From Heptranchias perlo (lineage: Eukaryota): DNA of 64,000 nt. The stretch covers positions 868,001-932,000 of the forward strand of contig NC_090326.1 in the NCBI RefSeq assembly GCF_035084215.1, given 5' to 3'. This document shows positions 40,259-52,589 of the stretch, in pieces. The position numbers were made by a program, and so were the translations under genes. Below the pieces are notes generated by a model. It made no database searches. It was not told where the DNA came from and saw nothing but the letters and a program-made list of their open reading frames with translations. Position 1 is the first letter of the stretch; each line of letters begins with the position of its first letter.

Positions 40259-41050
40259 CATAGAAACATAGAAAATAGGAGCAGAAGTAGGCCATTCGGC
40301 CCTTCAAGCCTGCTACGCCATTCATTGTGATCATGGCTGATCCTCTTTCTCAATACCATATTCCCGCTCTCTCCCCATACCCCTTCATGCCTTTTGTATC
40401 TAGAAATTTATCTAGCTCCTTCTTAAATATATTCAGTGACTTGGCCTCCACAGCCGTCTTTGGTAGAAAATTCCTAAGGTTCACCACCCTGTGAGTGAGA
40501 AATTTCCAGGGGGTCGTGAATCTTGGGAATTCTTTACCCCAAAAAGCCGTGGAGGCTGAGTAATTGAATACATTCAAGGCTGAGTTAGACCAATTTTTGA
40601 TCAGCAAGGGAGTCAAAGGATATGGGGAATGGGCAGGAAAGTGGAGTTGAGGTAAAAATCAGATCAGCCATGATCTCATTGAATGGCAGAGCAGGCTCGA
40701 GGGGCCGAATGGCCTACTCCTGCTCCTATCTCTTATGGTCTTATGGTCTCCTCACAACTCGCAATCCCACCTAGTTTTGTGTCATCCAGCAAACTTGGAA
40801 ATATTACATTTGGTTCCCTCATCCAAATCATTGATATGTATTGTGAATAGCTGGAGCCCAAGCACTGATCACTTCGGTACCCCACTAATCACTGCCTGCC
40901 ACCCCGAAAAAGACCCATTTATTCCTACTCTCTGTTTCCTGTCTGTTAACCAGTTTTCAATTCATGCCAGTATATTACCACCAATCCCATGTGCTTTAAT
41001 TTTGGACACTAACCTCTTATGTGGGACTTTAGCAAAGGCCTTCTGAAAAT
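40259..41050. mobile_element. Composite of CR1 pieces (minus 3' end, plus 3' end, minus RT piece)
   Basis: Minus tail at 40259-40505, plus tail at 40510-40748, minus RT fragment at 40750-41050. Confidence 0.8.
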
Positions 41051-41625
41051 CACAGTGCTTGGTCACCTACCCACTGTTTAATCAATGGTCACAGTGTTTG
41101 CATCACTCACACGATGTGTGAATTAATGATCAGAGTGCTGAGCCACCCACACACTGTGTGAATCAATGATCACAGTGCTGGATCATCCACACACTGTGTG
41201 AATCAATGATCACAGTGCTGGGTCACAAACCTACTGTATGAATCAATGATCACAGTGCTGGGTCACAAACCTACTGTATGAATCAATGATCACAGTGCCG
41301 GGTCATCCACCCGCGGTGTGAATGAATGATCACAGTGCTGGGTCACCCATCCAGTGCATGAATCAATGATCACAGTGCTGGATCACACACCCACAGTGTG
41401 AATCAATCATCTCAGTGCTGGTTCACAAACCCACTGTATGAATCAATGTTCACAGTGCTGGGTCACCGACCCTCTGTGTCAATGAATGATCACAGTGCTG
41501 GGTCACACACCCACTGTGTGAATCAATGATCAAGTTCTGGGTCACCAACGCAATGTTTGAATCAATGATCACGGCGCTGGGTCACCCATCCACTGTGCGA
41601 ATCACTGATCACAGTACTGGGTCAC

Positions 41626-44600
41626 CTAATATTGGATATGGTTGGGGGAGATGGCTTTTCATAGGAATGCAGCAAGATCCAAGACCGTGACACTAGGAGT
41701 GACTCAGCTGCACAGGCGGAGAGGAGAAAGAATGGGCGAGCAAAAGTGATAGGGGATTCCATCATAAGGGGAACAGATAGGCGTTTCTGCGGCCACAGAC
41801 GTGGTTCCAGGATGGTATGTTCCCTCCCTGGTGCTAGGGTCAAGGATGTCACGGAGCGGCTGCAGGACATTTTGAAGGTGGAGGGTGAACAGCCAGAGGT
41901 TGTGGTCAACGACATCGGTAAAAAAGGTATGAAGTCCTGCAATCAGAATATAGGACGTTAGGAAATAAATTAAAAAGCAGGACCTCTAAAGTCGTAATCT
42001 CAGGATTACTTCCAGTGCCATGTGCTAGTGAGGGCAGAAATAGGAGAATAGACCAGATGAATGCGTGGCTTGAGAGATGGTGTAGGAGGGAGGGGTTTGA
42101 ATTTCTGAGGCATTGGGACTGATTCTGGCAAAGGAGGGACCTGTACAAGCTGGACGGGTTGCACCCAAGCAGAACCGGGACCAATATCCTCGCGGGGGCA
42201 TTTGCTAGTCCTGTTGGGGTGGGTTTAAAATAGTATGGCAGGGGGGTGGGAACCAAAGGGCAGGTACAGATAGGACAAATTCAGACCAGGAAACGGGAAG
42301 TAGAAAAGCAGTTAGTGAGGTAGTTAGCGATTCAGAAAGGCAAAAGAAGCAAAGACTAAATAGTGTTCAGCACAGGAATTTGTCGGGGTTAAAGGGTATA
42401 TACTTCAATGCAAGGAGTATTACAAACAAAGCAGATGAGCTAAGGGCACAGATAGACACATGGCAGCTTGATATCATTGCTATAATGGAAATCTGGCTTA
42501 AAGAGGAGGATAATTGGCAGTTCAATATCCTTGGATATAGAGTTTTCAGGCAGGATAGAATGGGTGATAAAAAAAGGAGGAGGAGTAGCATTATTGGTTA
42601 AAGAATCAATTACAGTTGTGAGAAGGGATGATATGCTAAATGGATCATCAATCGAGGCCATATGGGTTGAGCTAAGAAGTAAAAAAGGGGCAGGCTCACT
42701 ACTAGGAGTGTACTTTAGACCCCCGAATAGCGAAAGGGAGATAGAAGAACAAATATGAAGGCAAATTTCTGAGTGCAAAAATAAGAGGGCAATAATAGTA
42801 GGGGACTTCAACTACCCGAACATCAACTGGGATTCAAACAGTGTGAGGGGCACAGAGGGTGCAAAATTCTTGATCGGTGTCCAGGAGAACATTTTTAGCC
42901 AGTACGTGACAAGCCCAACATGAGGGGATGTAATTCTAGATTTAGTCCTGGGAAATGAAGATGGGCAAGTGGGTGAAGTGACAGTGGGTGACCATATTGG
43001 GGATAGTGACCACAATTCAGTTAGTTTTAGCGTTATTATGGAAAAGGACAGAGTTAAATCAGGAGTAAACGTTTTAAATTGGGGGAAAGCAAATTTTACA
43101 AAACTACGAGGTGATTTGGCAGAAGTGGACTGGACACAACTACTTGAGAAATCAGTGGCAAACCAGTGGGAAGTACTGAAAAGTGAAATTCTACGGGTAC
43201 AATGCAGACCCGTCCCCTCAAAGAAAAAGGGTGGAGCTGCCAAATTTAGAGCCCCCTGGTTGTCTAGAAGTATACGGGGCAAGATAAAGCAGAAAAAGAA
43301 AGCTTATGACTGTCACAGAAAACTAAATACTGCAGAAAGCCGAGAGGAGTATAGAAAGTACAGGGATGAAGTAAAAAAGGAAATAAGGAATGCAAAGAGG
43401 GGGCATGAAAAAATATCAGCTAGGAAGGTTAAATAAAACCCAAAAATGTTTTATCAGTACATTACGAACAAGAGAATAGCGAATGAAAAGGTGGGACCTA
43501 TCAGGAATGATAAGGGTAACTTGTGTGTAGAAGCAGAGGATGTGGATAGGGTTTTAAATGAATATTTTGTCTCCGTTTTCACAAAGGAAAGGGATGATCC
43601 AGATGTAGTAGTTAAAGAGGAGGGGTGTGAAATATTGGATAAGGTAAACATAACGAGAGAGGAAGTACTAGAGGGACTGGAATCCTTGAAAATTGATAAG
43701 TCACCAGGGCCGGATGGATTGTTTCCTGGGCTATTGAAGGAAGCCAGGGAGGAAATAGCAGTTGCTTTGAGGATAATTTTCCAATCCTCACTAGATACAG
43801 GGGAGGTACCGGAGGACTGGAAGACTGCAAACATAGTACCATTGCTTAAAAAGGGTACGAGGGAAAGGCTTACCTCGGTGGTGGGCAAACTATTCGAATC
43901 AATACTGAGAGATAGGATAAACTGTCACTTGGAAAGGCATGGTTTAATCAGGGATAGTCAGCATGGATTTGTTCAGGGAAGGTCATGTCTTACAAATCTG
44001 ATTGAATTCTTTGAGGAAGTGACAAGGAGGATTGATGAGGGTAGTGCGGTGGATGTTGTCTACATGGATTTTAGTAAGGCATTTGACAAGGTCCCACATG
44101 GCAGACTGGTCAGAAAGGTAAAAGCCCATGGGATACAGGGAAATCTGGCGAATTGGATCCAAAATTGGCTCAGTAACAGGAAACAAAGGGTAAAATTCGA
44201 TGGATGTCTTTGCGAATGGGAATCCGTTTCCAGTGGCATGCCACAGGGCTGAGTGTTGAGTCCACTGCTGTTTGTGGTATATATTAATGATATGGACTTG
44301 AATGTAGGGGGCACGATTGGCAAATTTGCAGGGAACACAACAATTGCCCATGTAGTTGTTAGTGAAGAGGATAGCTGTAGACTCCAAGAAGATATCAATG
44401 GGTTGGTGAAGTGGGCAGAAAAGTGGAAAATGGAGTTCAACCCGGAGAAGGTACTAGCTCAATTGCTAAATTTAAATTTGAGATGGATAGCTTTTTGGCA
44501 ACCAAAGGTGTTAAGGGATATGGGCTAAAGACAGGTATATGGAGTTAAATCACAGATCAGCCATCATCTTATCAAATGGCAGAACAAGCAAGAGGGACTG

Positions 44601-45431
44601 AATGGCCTACTCCTGTTCCTGTGTTCCTATGTTCCTAAGTGCGAGGTAATGCACTTGTGGAGGGCAAATAGTAAAAGGGAATACGCAGTAAATGGGTATA
44701 TATTGAGAGGGGTAGAGGAAGTGAGAGACCTTGGAGTGCATGTGCACACGTCCCTGAAGGTGGCAGTACAGGTAGATAAGGTTGTGAAGAAGGCATACGG
44801 AATGCTCTCCGTTATTAGCGAGGTATAAAATACAAAAGCAGGGATGTAAAGATGGAACTGTATAAAACGCTGGTAAGGCCACAGCTGGACTATTGTTCTG
44901 GTCACCACATTACAGGAAGGACGTAATTGCTCTGGAGAGAGTGCAGAGAAGAATTACAAGAATGTTGCCACGGCTTGAAAATTGCAGCTACGAGGAGAGA
45001 TTGGATAGGCTGGGGGTGTTTTCCTTCGAGCAGAGGAGGTTGTGGGGTGACTTGATTGAGGCAGACAAAATGATGAGGGGCCCAGATAAAGTGGACAGGA
45101 AGTATCTGTTTCCCCTAGCAGAGAGTTCAAGAACTAGAGGACATAGATTTAAGCTGATTGACAGAAGGATAAGAGGGGACATGAGGAAAAACCTTATTAC
45201 CCAGAGGGTATTGGGTGTATGGAATTCACTGCCCGAATTGGTGGTAGAGGCAGGGACCCTCAACTTTTAAAAAATGCACCTGGACCTGCACCTAAAGTGC
45301 TGTAAGCTGCAGGGCTACGGATCGGGTGCTGGAAGGTGGGATTAGAATGAGCAGCTCATGTTCTTCGAGCAGGCGTGAATACGATGGGCTGAATGGCCCA
45401 CTTCTGTGCTGTATCTTTTCTATGCTTCTAA
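41626..45431 (+). mobile_element. Near full-length CR1 LINE (ORF1 SGNH esterase, ORF2 APE endonuclease plus RT), inactivated
   Basis: IGDSIIRGTDRRFC at 41746, YFNARSITNK at 42380, GDFN and SDH motifs, RT ORF 43446..44252, and a TTCTATGCTTCTA tail. Multiple stops and frameshifts. A nested CR1 tail lies at ~44450-44638. Confidence 0.92.
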
Positions 45432-45819
45432 CCACTGTGTGAATCAATGATCACTATGCTTGGCCACCCATCTACTGTGTGAATCATTGATCACAGTGGT
45501 CGGTCACTCAATTAATTTGTGAATCAATGATCACAGTGCTGGGTCACTCACCCAGTGTGTGAATCAATGAACACAGTAATCGGTCACTCAATTAATGTGT
45601 GAATCAATGATCACAGTGCTGGGTCACCCACCCACTGTGTGAATCAATGATTACAGTGCTGGGTGTCCACCCACTGTGTGAATCAATGATCGCAGCACTG
45701 GGCCATCCACCCACGGTTTGAAATAATGATCACAGTGCTGGGTCACACAATCACTGTGCGAATGAGTGATCACATTGCTGGGTCACCCACCCACTCTGTG
45801 AACCAATGATCACAGTACT

Positions 45820-48800
45820 TTTTTTGTTATTCGTTCATGGGATGAGGGGATCGCTGGCAAGGCCAGCCTTTATTGCCCATCCCTAATTGTCCATGAGAAG
45901 GGGGTGGTGAGGCACCTTCATGAACCGCTGTAGTCCGTGTGGTGAACGTTCTCCCACAGTGCTGTTAGGTAGGAAGTTCCAGGATTTTGACCCAGCGATG
46001 ATGAAGGAACGGCGATATATAATATATCGCCGTTCCTTCATCATCGCTGGTATGTGACTTGGAGGGGAACGTGCAGGTGGTGTTGTTCCCATGCGCCTGC
46101 TGCCCTTGTCATTCTAGGTGGTAGAGGTCGCGGGTTTGGGAGGTGCTGTCGAAGAAGCCTTGGCAAGTTGCTGCAGTGCGTCCTGTGGATGGTACACACT
46201 GCAGCCACGGTGCGCCGGTGGTGAAGGGAGTGAATGTTCAGGGTGGTGGATGGGGTGCCAATCAAGCTGGCTGCTTTGTCCTGGATGGTGTCGAGCTTCT
46301 TGAGTGTTGTTGGAGCTGCACTCATCCAAGCAAGTGGACAGTATTCCATCACACTCCTGACTTGTGCCTTGTAGATGGTGGAAAGACTTTGGCGAGTCAG
46401 GAGGTGAGTCACTCGCCGCAGAATACCCAGCCTCTGACCTGCTCTTGTAGCCACAGTACTTATGTGGCTGGTCCAGTTAAGTTTCTGGTCAATCGTGACC
46501 ACCAGGATGTTGATGGTGGGGGATTCGGCGATGGTAATGCCGTTCAATGTCAAGGGGAGGTGGTTAGACTCTCTCTTGTTGGAGATGGTCATTGCCTGGC
46601 ACTTGTCTGGCGCGAAGGTTACTTGCCACTTATCAGCCCAAGCCTGGATGTTGTCCTGGTCTTGCTGCATGCGGGCATGGTCTGCTTCATTATCTGAGGG
46701 GTTGCGAATGGAACTGAACACTGTGCAATCATCAGCAAACATTCCAATTTCTGACCTTATGATGGAGGGAAGGTCATTGATGAAGCAGCTGAAGATGGTT
46801 AGGCCGAGGACACTGCCCTGAGGAACTCCTGCAGCAATGTCCTGGGGCTGAGATGATTGACCTCCAACAACCACTACCATCTTCCTTTGTGCTAGGTATG
46901 ACTGCAGAGTTTTCCCCCTGTTTCCAATTGACTTCAATTCTACTAGGGTTCCTTGCTGCCACTCTCCGTCAATTGATGTCAAGGGCAGTCACTCTCCCCT
47001 CACCTCTGGAATTCAGCTCTTTTGTCCATGTTTGGACCAAGGCAGTAATGAGTTCTGAAGCCGAGTGGTCCTGGCGGAACCAAACTGAGCATCGGTGAGC
47101 AGGTTATTGGTGAGTAAGTGCTGCTTGATGAGCACTGTCGACGACACCTTGCATCACTTTGCTGATGGTTGAGGGGAGACTGATGGGGCGTTAATTGGCC
47201 GGATTGGATTTGTCCTGCTTTTTGCGAACAGGACATATCTGGGCAATTTTCCACATTGTCGGGTAGATGCCAGGGTTGTAGCTGTACTGGAACAGTTTGG
47301 CTAGAGGCACGGCTAGTTCTGGAGCACGAGTCTTCAGCACTGCAGCCGGGATGTTGTCGGGGCCCATAGCCTTTGCTGTATCCAGTGCACTCCGCCGTTT
47401 CTTGATATCACATGGAGTGAATCGAATTGGCCGAAGACTGGCTTCTCTGATGGTGGGGATATCGGGCGGAGGCCGAGATGGATCATCCACTCGGCACTTC
47501 TGGCTGAAGATGGTTGCAAACGCTTCCATCTTGCCTTTTGCACTCACGTGCTGGACTCCACCATCATTGAGGATGGGAATGTTTACAGAGCCTCCTCCTC
47601 CTCCCATTCGTTGTTTAATTATCCACCACCATTCATGACTGGATGTGGCAGGACTGCAGAGCTTTGATCTGATCCATTAGTTGTGGAATCGCTTAGCTCT
47701 GTCTATAGCATCTGGCTTCCGCTGTTTAGCATGCATGTTGTCCTGTGTTGCAGCTTCACCAGGTTGGCACTCATTTTTAGGTACGCCTGGTGCTGCTTCT
47801 GGCATGCTCTTCTGCACTCCTCATTGAACCAGGGTTGATCCCCTGGCTTGTTGGTAATGGTAGAGTGAGGAATATGCTGGGCCATGAGGTTTCAGATTGT
47901 GCTGGAATACAATTCTGCTGCTGCTGATGGCCCACAGCGCCTCATGGATGCTCAGTTTTGAGCTGCTAGATCTGTTCTGAATCTATCCCATTTAGCACGG
48001 TGATAGTGCCACAAAACACGTTGGATGGTGTCCTCAGTGCGAAGACGGGACTTTTTCTCCACGAGGACTGTGCGGTGTTCACTCTTATCAATACTGCCAT
48101 TGATAGATGCATTTGCGAATCCCCCACCATCAACATCCTGGTGGTCACCATTGACCAGAAACTTAACTGGACCAGCCACATAAGTACTGTGGCTACAAGA
48201 GCAGGTCAGAGGCTGGGTATTCTGTGGCGACAGGTAGATTGGTGAGGACGAGGTCAAGTAGGTTCATCCCTCGTGTTGGTTCACTCTCCACCTGCCGCAA
48301 GCTAGTCTGGCAGCTATGTCCTTCAGAACTCAGCCAGCTCGGTCAGTAGTGGTTCTACTGAGCCACTCTTGGTGATGGACATTGAAGTACCCCACCCAGA
48401 GTACATTCTGTACCCATTCTACCTTCAGTGCTTCCTCCAAATGGTGTTCAACATGGAGGAGGACTGATTCATCAGCTAAGGGAGGGCGGTAGGTGGTAAT
48501 CAGCAAGAGGTTTACTTGTCCATGTTTGACCTGGTTCCATGAGATTTCATGGGGTCCAGAGTCAATGTTGAGGACTCCCAGGGCCACTCCCTCCTGACTG
48601 TATATCACTGTACCGCCACCTCTGGTGGGTCTGTCCTGCCGGTGGGACAGGTCCTACCCAGGGATGGTGATGGAAGAGTTTGGGACATTGTCTGAAAGGT
48701 ATGATTCTGTGAGTATGGCTATGTCAGGCTGTTGCTTGACTAGTCTGTGGGACATCTCTCCCAATTTTGGCACAAGTCCCCAGATGTTAGTGAGGAGGAC

Positions 48801-49006
48801 TTTGCAGGGTCGACTGGGCTTGGTTTGCCTTTGTCGTGTCCGGTGCCTAGTGGTCCGATGCCCGGTGGTCCATCCAGTTTTATTCTTAGTGTGACTTTCT
48901 ATCGTGAGATTGTACATCTGAGTGGCTTGCCAGGCCATTTCAGAGGGCGATTAAGAATCCACCACATTGCTGTGGGTCTGGAGTCACATATAGGCCAGAC
49001 CGGGTA
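45820..49006 (-). mobile_element. Near full-length CR1-clade LINE (APE plus RT), inactivated
   Basis: TNIWGL...DIAILTESYL (48654..48938), YRPP and VGYFNVHH motifs, RT ORF 46041..46982 with FADD, and a poly-T tail. TSD AGTACT at 45814-45819 and 49007-49012. Confidence 0.92.
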
Positions 49007-49318
49007 AGTACTGTATCATCCACCCACTCTGTTAATCAATGATCACAGTGCTGGGTCACCCTCTCACTGTGTGAATCAATGATCACAGTGCTGGGTCACA
49101 CATTCACTGTGTGAATCAATGATCACAGTGCTGGGTCATCACCCACTGTGTGAATCAATGATCACAGTGCTGGGTCACACACTCACTGTGTGAATCAATG
49201 ATCATAGTGCTGGGTCACACACTCACTGTGTGAATCAATGATCACAGTGCTGGGTCACTCACCCACTTTGTGAATTAATGATCACAGTGCTGGGTCACTC
49301 ACCCACTGTGTGAATCAA

Positions 49319-49557
49319 GAAGCCTTGACGGGGTAGATGCTGAGAGGCTGTTTTCCCTGTCTGGAAAGACCAGAACTCGTGGTCAGTGTCAGGATAAGGG
49401 GTCAGCCATTTGGGACTGAGATGAGGAGGAAGTTCTTGAGTCAGTGTGTTTTGAATCTTTAGCATTCTCTACCCCGGAGGGCAGTGGATGATGTGTGGTT
49501 GAGTATAGTGAAGGCTGAGATCGATGGATATTTGATTCTCGGGGAATCAAGGGATAA
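49319..49557 (+). mobile_element. Decayed CR1 3' fragment
   Basis: GTAGATGCTGAGAGGCTGTTTTCCC...GACTGAGATGAGGAG matches other CR1 3' regions. Confidence 0.7.
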
Positions 49558-50990
49558 ATGGAACATTCCTTGTTCCAGTCCTACTCAGTTCCCCTCCTTC
49601 ACCTCTTTTGCCATTACTTTGATGACTCTATTGGTGCTGCTTCCTACTCTCGTCCCGAACTGGAAAATGTCATCAACTTTGCTTTCAATTTCGATCCTTC
49701 CCTTGCCTTCACATGGTCCATCTCCGACTCTTCCCTTCCCTTCCTCGACTTCTCTATCTCCATCTCTGAGGATAGGCTGTCAACCAATATATATTATAAG
49801 CCCACCGACTCCCACAGCTACCTTGATTACACTTCCTCCCACCCCGCTTCCTGTAAGGACTCTATTTCAATCTCCCAGTTTCTCTATTTCTGTCGCATCT
49901 GTTCTGACGATTCCACCTTCCACACCAGTGCTTCCGATATGTCTTCCTTTTTCCTCAACCGAGGATTCCCCTCCACAGTAGTTGACAGGCCCCTCGACCG
50001 TGTCCGTCCTATTTCCCGCACTTCTGCCCTCACCCCTTCTGTTCCCTCCCAGAACTATGATAGGGTCCCCCTTGTCCTCACCTTGCACCCCACCAGCCTC
50101 CACATTCAACGTATCATCCTCCACCATTTCCACCACCTCCACCACCAAACACATCTTCCACTCCCCTCCCCTTTCACCGTTCCGAAGGGACCGCTCCCTC
50201 AGCGATACCCTGGCCCACTCTTCCATCACCCCCAGCATCTGCTCTCCCTGCCACTTCACCTCCTTCTTTCCCACCGTCCAGGGTCCCAAACACTCCTTCC
50301 AGGTGAAACAGTGATTTATTTGTATTTCGTTCAATTTATTATACTGTATTCGCTGCTCACAATGCAGCCTCCTCTACATTGGGGAGACCAAACGCAGATT
50401 GAGCGATTGTTTTGCTGAACACCTCAACTCTCTCTGCAAGCGTGACCCTGACCTGCAGGTCACTTGCCATTTGAATTCCCCATCCCACTCCCACTCATAC
50501 TCTGACCTCGGCCTCTTACACTGTTCCAATGGAGCTCAATGTAAGCTCGAGGAACAGCACCTCATCTTTCATTTAGGCACTTTACAACCTTCCAGGCTCA
50601 ACCTTGATTTCAATAACTTCAGATCATAACCACTACTCCCATTTTTTCAGACAGCAGGAGCTGGTAATTGTTCTGCTGTTGCCATTTACAGCTCCTCCAG
50701 ACCCATCTCTTGTTTCTTTACTTGTCCCATTACCACCTTCCTTTCCTCGCACCATCATCCCTTTTTTCATTTAATCACTCCTGCCCTCCGCCCGATCACA
50801 GATCTTCCCTTCTTTTCCTTCCTCCCCCCACCCCACCCCCTCCTTCCCTGGCCCCGTACTTGCTGAAAAACTGTCTAATCTGCAACAACTTCGAGTTCTA
50901 ATGAAGGGACATTGACCTGAAACATTAACTCTGTTTCTTTCTCCACAGATGCTGCCTGACTTGCTGAGTATTTCCACCATTTTCTATGAT
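49558..50990 (+). mobile_element. Penelope-like element (second family): RT C-terminal half, GIY-YIG and 3' tail, degenerate
   Basis: HYFDDSIG, LPFLDFSI and IYYKPTDSHSYL (PLE RT/thumb motifs). Frameshifted YCIRCSQCSLLYIGETKRRL...FAEHL at ~50340-50425. Decayed hammerhead CTAATGA...GAAACATT at 50898-50926. Confidence 0.85.
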
Positions 50991-50999
50991 TAACCGGCC

Positions 51000-51110
51000 A
51001 CTCATCTCACTGTTGTTTGTGGGATTTTGCTGTGCATAAACTGGCTGCCCGTAACAAGAGGGACTGCACTTCAAAAGGAATTGTCTTATCGTAAGAGACA
51101 TTGAAAAGGC
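51000..51110 (+). mobile_element. DeuSINE core fragment
   Basis: TTGTTTGTGGGATTTTGCTGTGCATAAACTGGCTGCC...GACTGCACTTCAAAAG resembles the Deu domain (recalled). Confidence 0.5.
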
Positions 51111-51292
51111 TCGACACAATGTGTGTTCAACACAAAACTGATTTATTTGACATTTATCCAGAATATTAACCCCTAAAACTGGGCTGGAGTTTATTAAGAT
51201 CAGCAGAAACAAACCCCAAATGTCAGAATGAACATGGTTCAGTCCTGGATGTGATTAACAGCAGCAATAACAGTGGAACCCAACCCAAGCAG

Positions 51293-51934
51293 TCACACGT
51301 GAACTCGCTGGTGACTCAGCAGGTGTTCTGATTGAGTGACTCCCTTCCCACACACGGAGCAGGTGAACGTTCTCTCCCCAGTGTGACTGCACTGGTTTCT
51401 CAGGAGTTGGGATGACTGCCTGAATCCAGTCCCACAGCGAAAGCACCTGAACGGTCTCTCGACGGTCTGAACGCGTTAATGGTAGGTCAGTTCTCCGGAG
51501 CTTCTTAGCAATTCTTACAATCTGGGCACTTAAAATGCACTCTCGTCAGTGTAAACTCGCTGGTGCTTCAGCAGGGCAGATGACCGAGTGACCCCCTTCC
51601 CACAAACGGAGCAGGCCAACGGCCTCTCCCTAGTTTGACTGTGTTGACGAGTTTCCAGCTCAGACGGGTAATTGAATCCTTTCCCACAGTCCCCCCATTG
51701 ACACGGTTTCTCCTCGGTGTGAATGCGCTTGTGTCTTGATCGGCCTGATGAATGTCTGAAGCCTCGACCACACACAGGACATGTGTACAGTTTCTCCCCG
51801 CTATGATTGGTGTTTTTTGTTTCCCTATTCAAAGGCCGAAGATCTTTAGGTCCTGATGAATCGATTGACTCTGTCAGATCTTGATGTGATGTTTGGTTTG
51901 AGTTTCCTGTCTCCAAATCCTCCCCGTCTAAAAC
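51293..51934 (-). pseudogene. C2H2 zinc-finger pseudogene (last exon)
   Basis: Acceptor TTTTACAG at 51935, then YTCPVCGRGFRHSSGRSRHKRIH and broken fingers with a stop at ~51530. Leader and 3' UTR are paralogous to the 61477-62920 gene. AATAAA (minus) at 51142-51147. Confidence 0.85.
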
Positions 51935-52199
51935 CTGTAAAATGAATTTGAAACAAGAATAATGAAGTGAGAGAGAACAAGAAAACAAAGGCAGGTTGTG
52001 AAATTGAGCTTAATGAATCTGGTAATTTCACAATTGTCCTAGAGGGAAGGGAACCTGCTACTTGGTCTGGGCCTACGCATGAATCTGGCCTTTATGAGAG
52101 GAGGGGAAGAGAGGGGGCTGGGGAAGAAAGGAGGAAGGGGAAGAGAGGGGGTAAGAGAAAAGGGATCTATATATCTGCAACTCGACAAGGCTCCATTGA

Positions 52200-52452
52200 G
52201 AGAACCCACAACCTGCACCACCTAGAACAAGGGCACTCGGTGCATCATCTCCAAGTGCCCCTTCAAGTCACACACCATTCCTTCATCGTCGCTGGGTCAA
52301 AATCCTAGAACTTTTTGTATTGTGGGAGTATGTTCACCACATGGACTGCAGCGGTGCAAGAAGGCCAACCACCACCTTCTCAAGGCGCAAACAGGGATTG
52401 GCAATATATACTGGACTTGACAGTGACGCCCATATCCCAAGAATGAATTATT
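52200..52452 (+). mobile_element. Decayed 3' end of the second CR1-clade family
   Basis: TCCTTCATCGTCGCTGGGTCAAAATCC...GACGCCCATATCCCAAGAATGAAT is the reverse complement of 45820-46010-type sequence. Confidence 0.7.
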
Positions 52453-52589
52453 AAATCTGTGTATGTAAAATGCATTAAAAGTCTCTACAGAAATACTTGT
52501 TCCTATACTCTTCTACATTGCACGGTCAGTGTCTGATTTGCAAACCAGCTCTGAATTCCTCAATCTGTATTTCTGAACAGGATTTTGTG

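Larger units (their letters stand above)
39790..49318. repeat. 40-bp tandem array (CACTGTGTGAATCAATGATCACAGTGCTGGGTCACCCACC)n in four blocks split by LINEs
   Basis: Blocks at ~39790-40260, 41048-41625, 45432-45819 and 49013-49318. Period is 40 bp (GATCACAGTG at 49081 and 49121). Confidence 0.92.

Noticed and set aside
39790-49318. 40-bp array as a CRISPR array or a true Ig/TCR D-segment cluster
   Set aside because: The variable part is only point-diverged. There are no nonamers at 12/23 spacing and no V, J or C exons in the window. Kept only as a speculative cryptic-heptamer finding.
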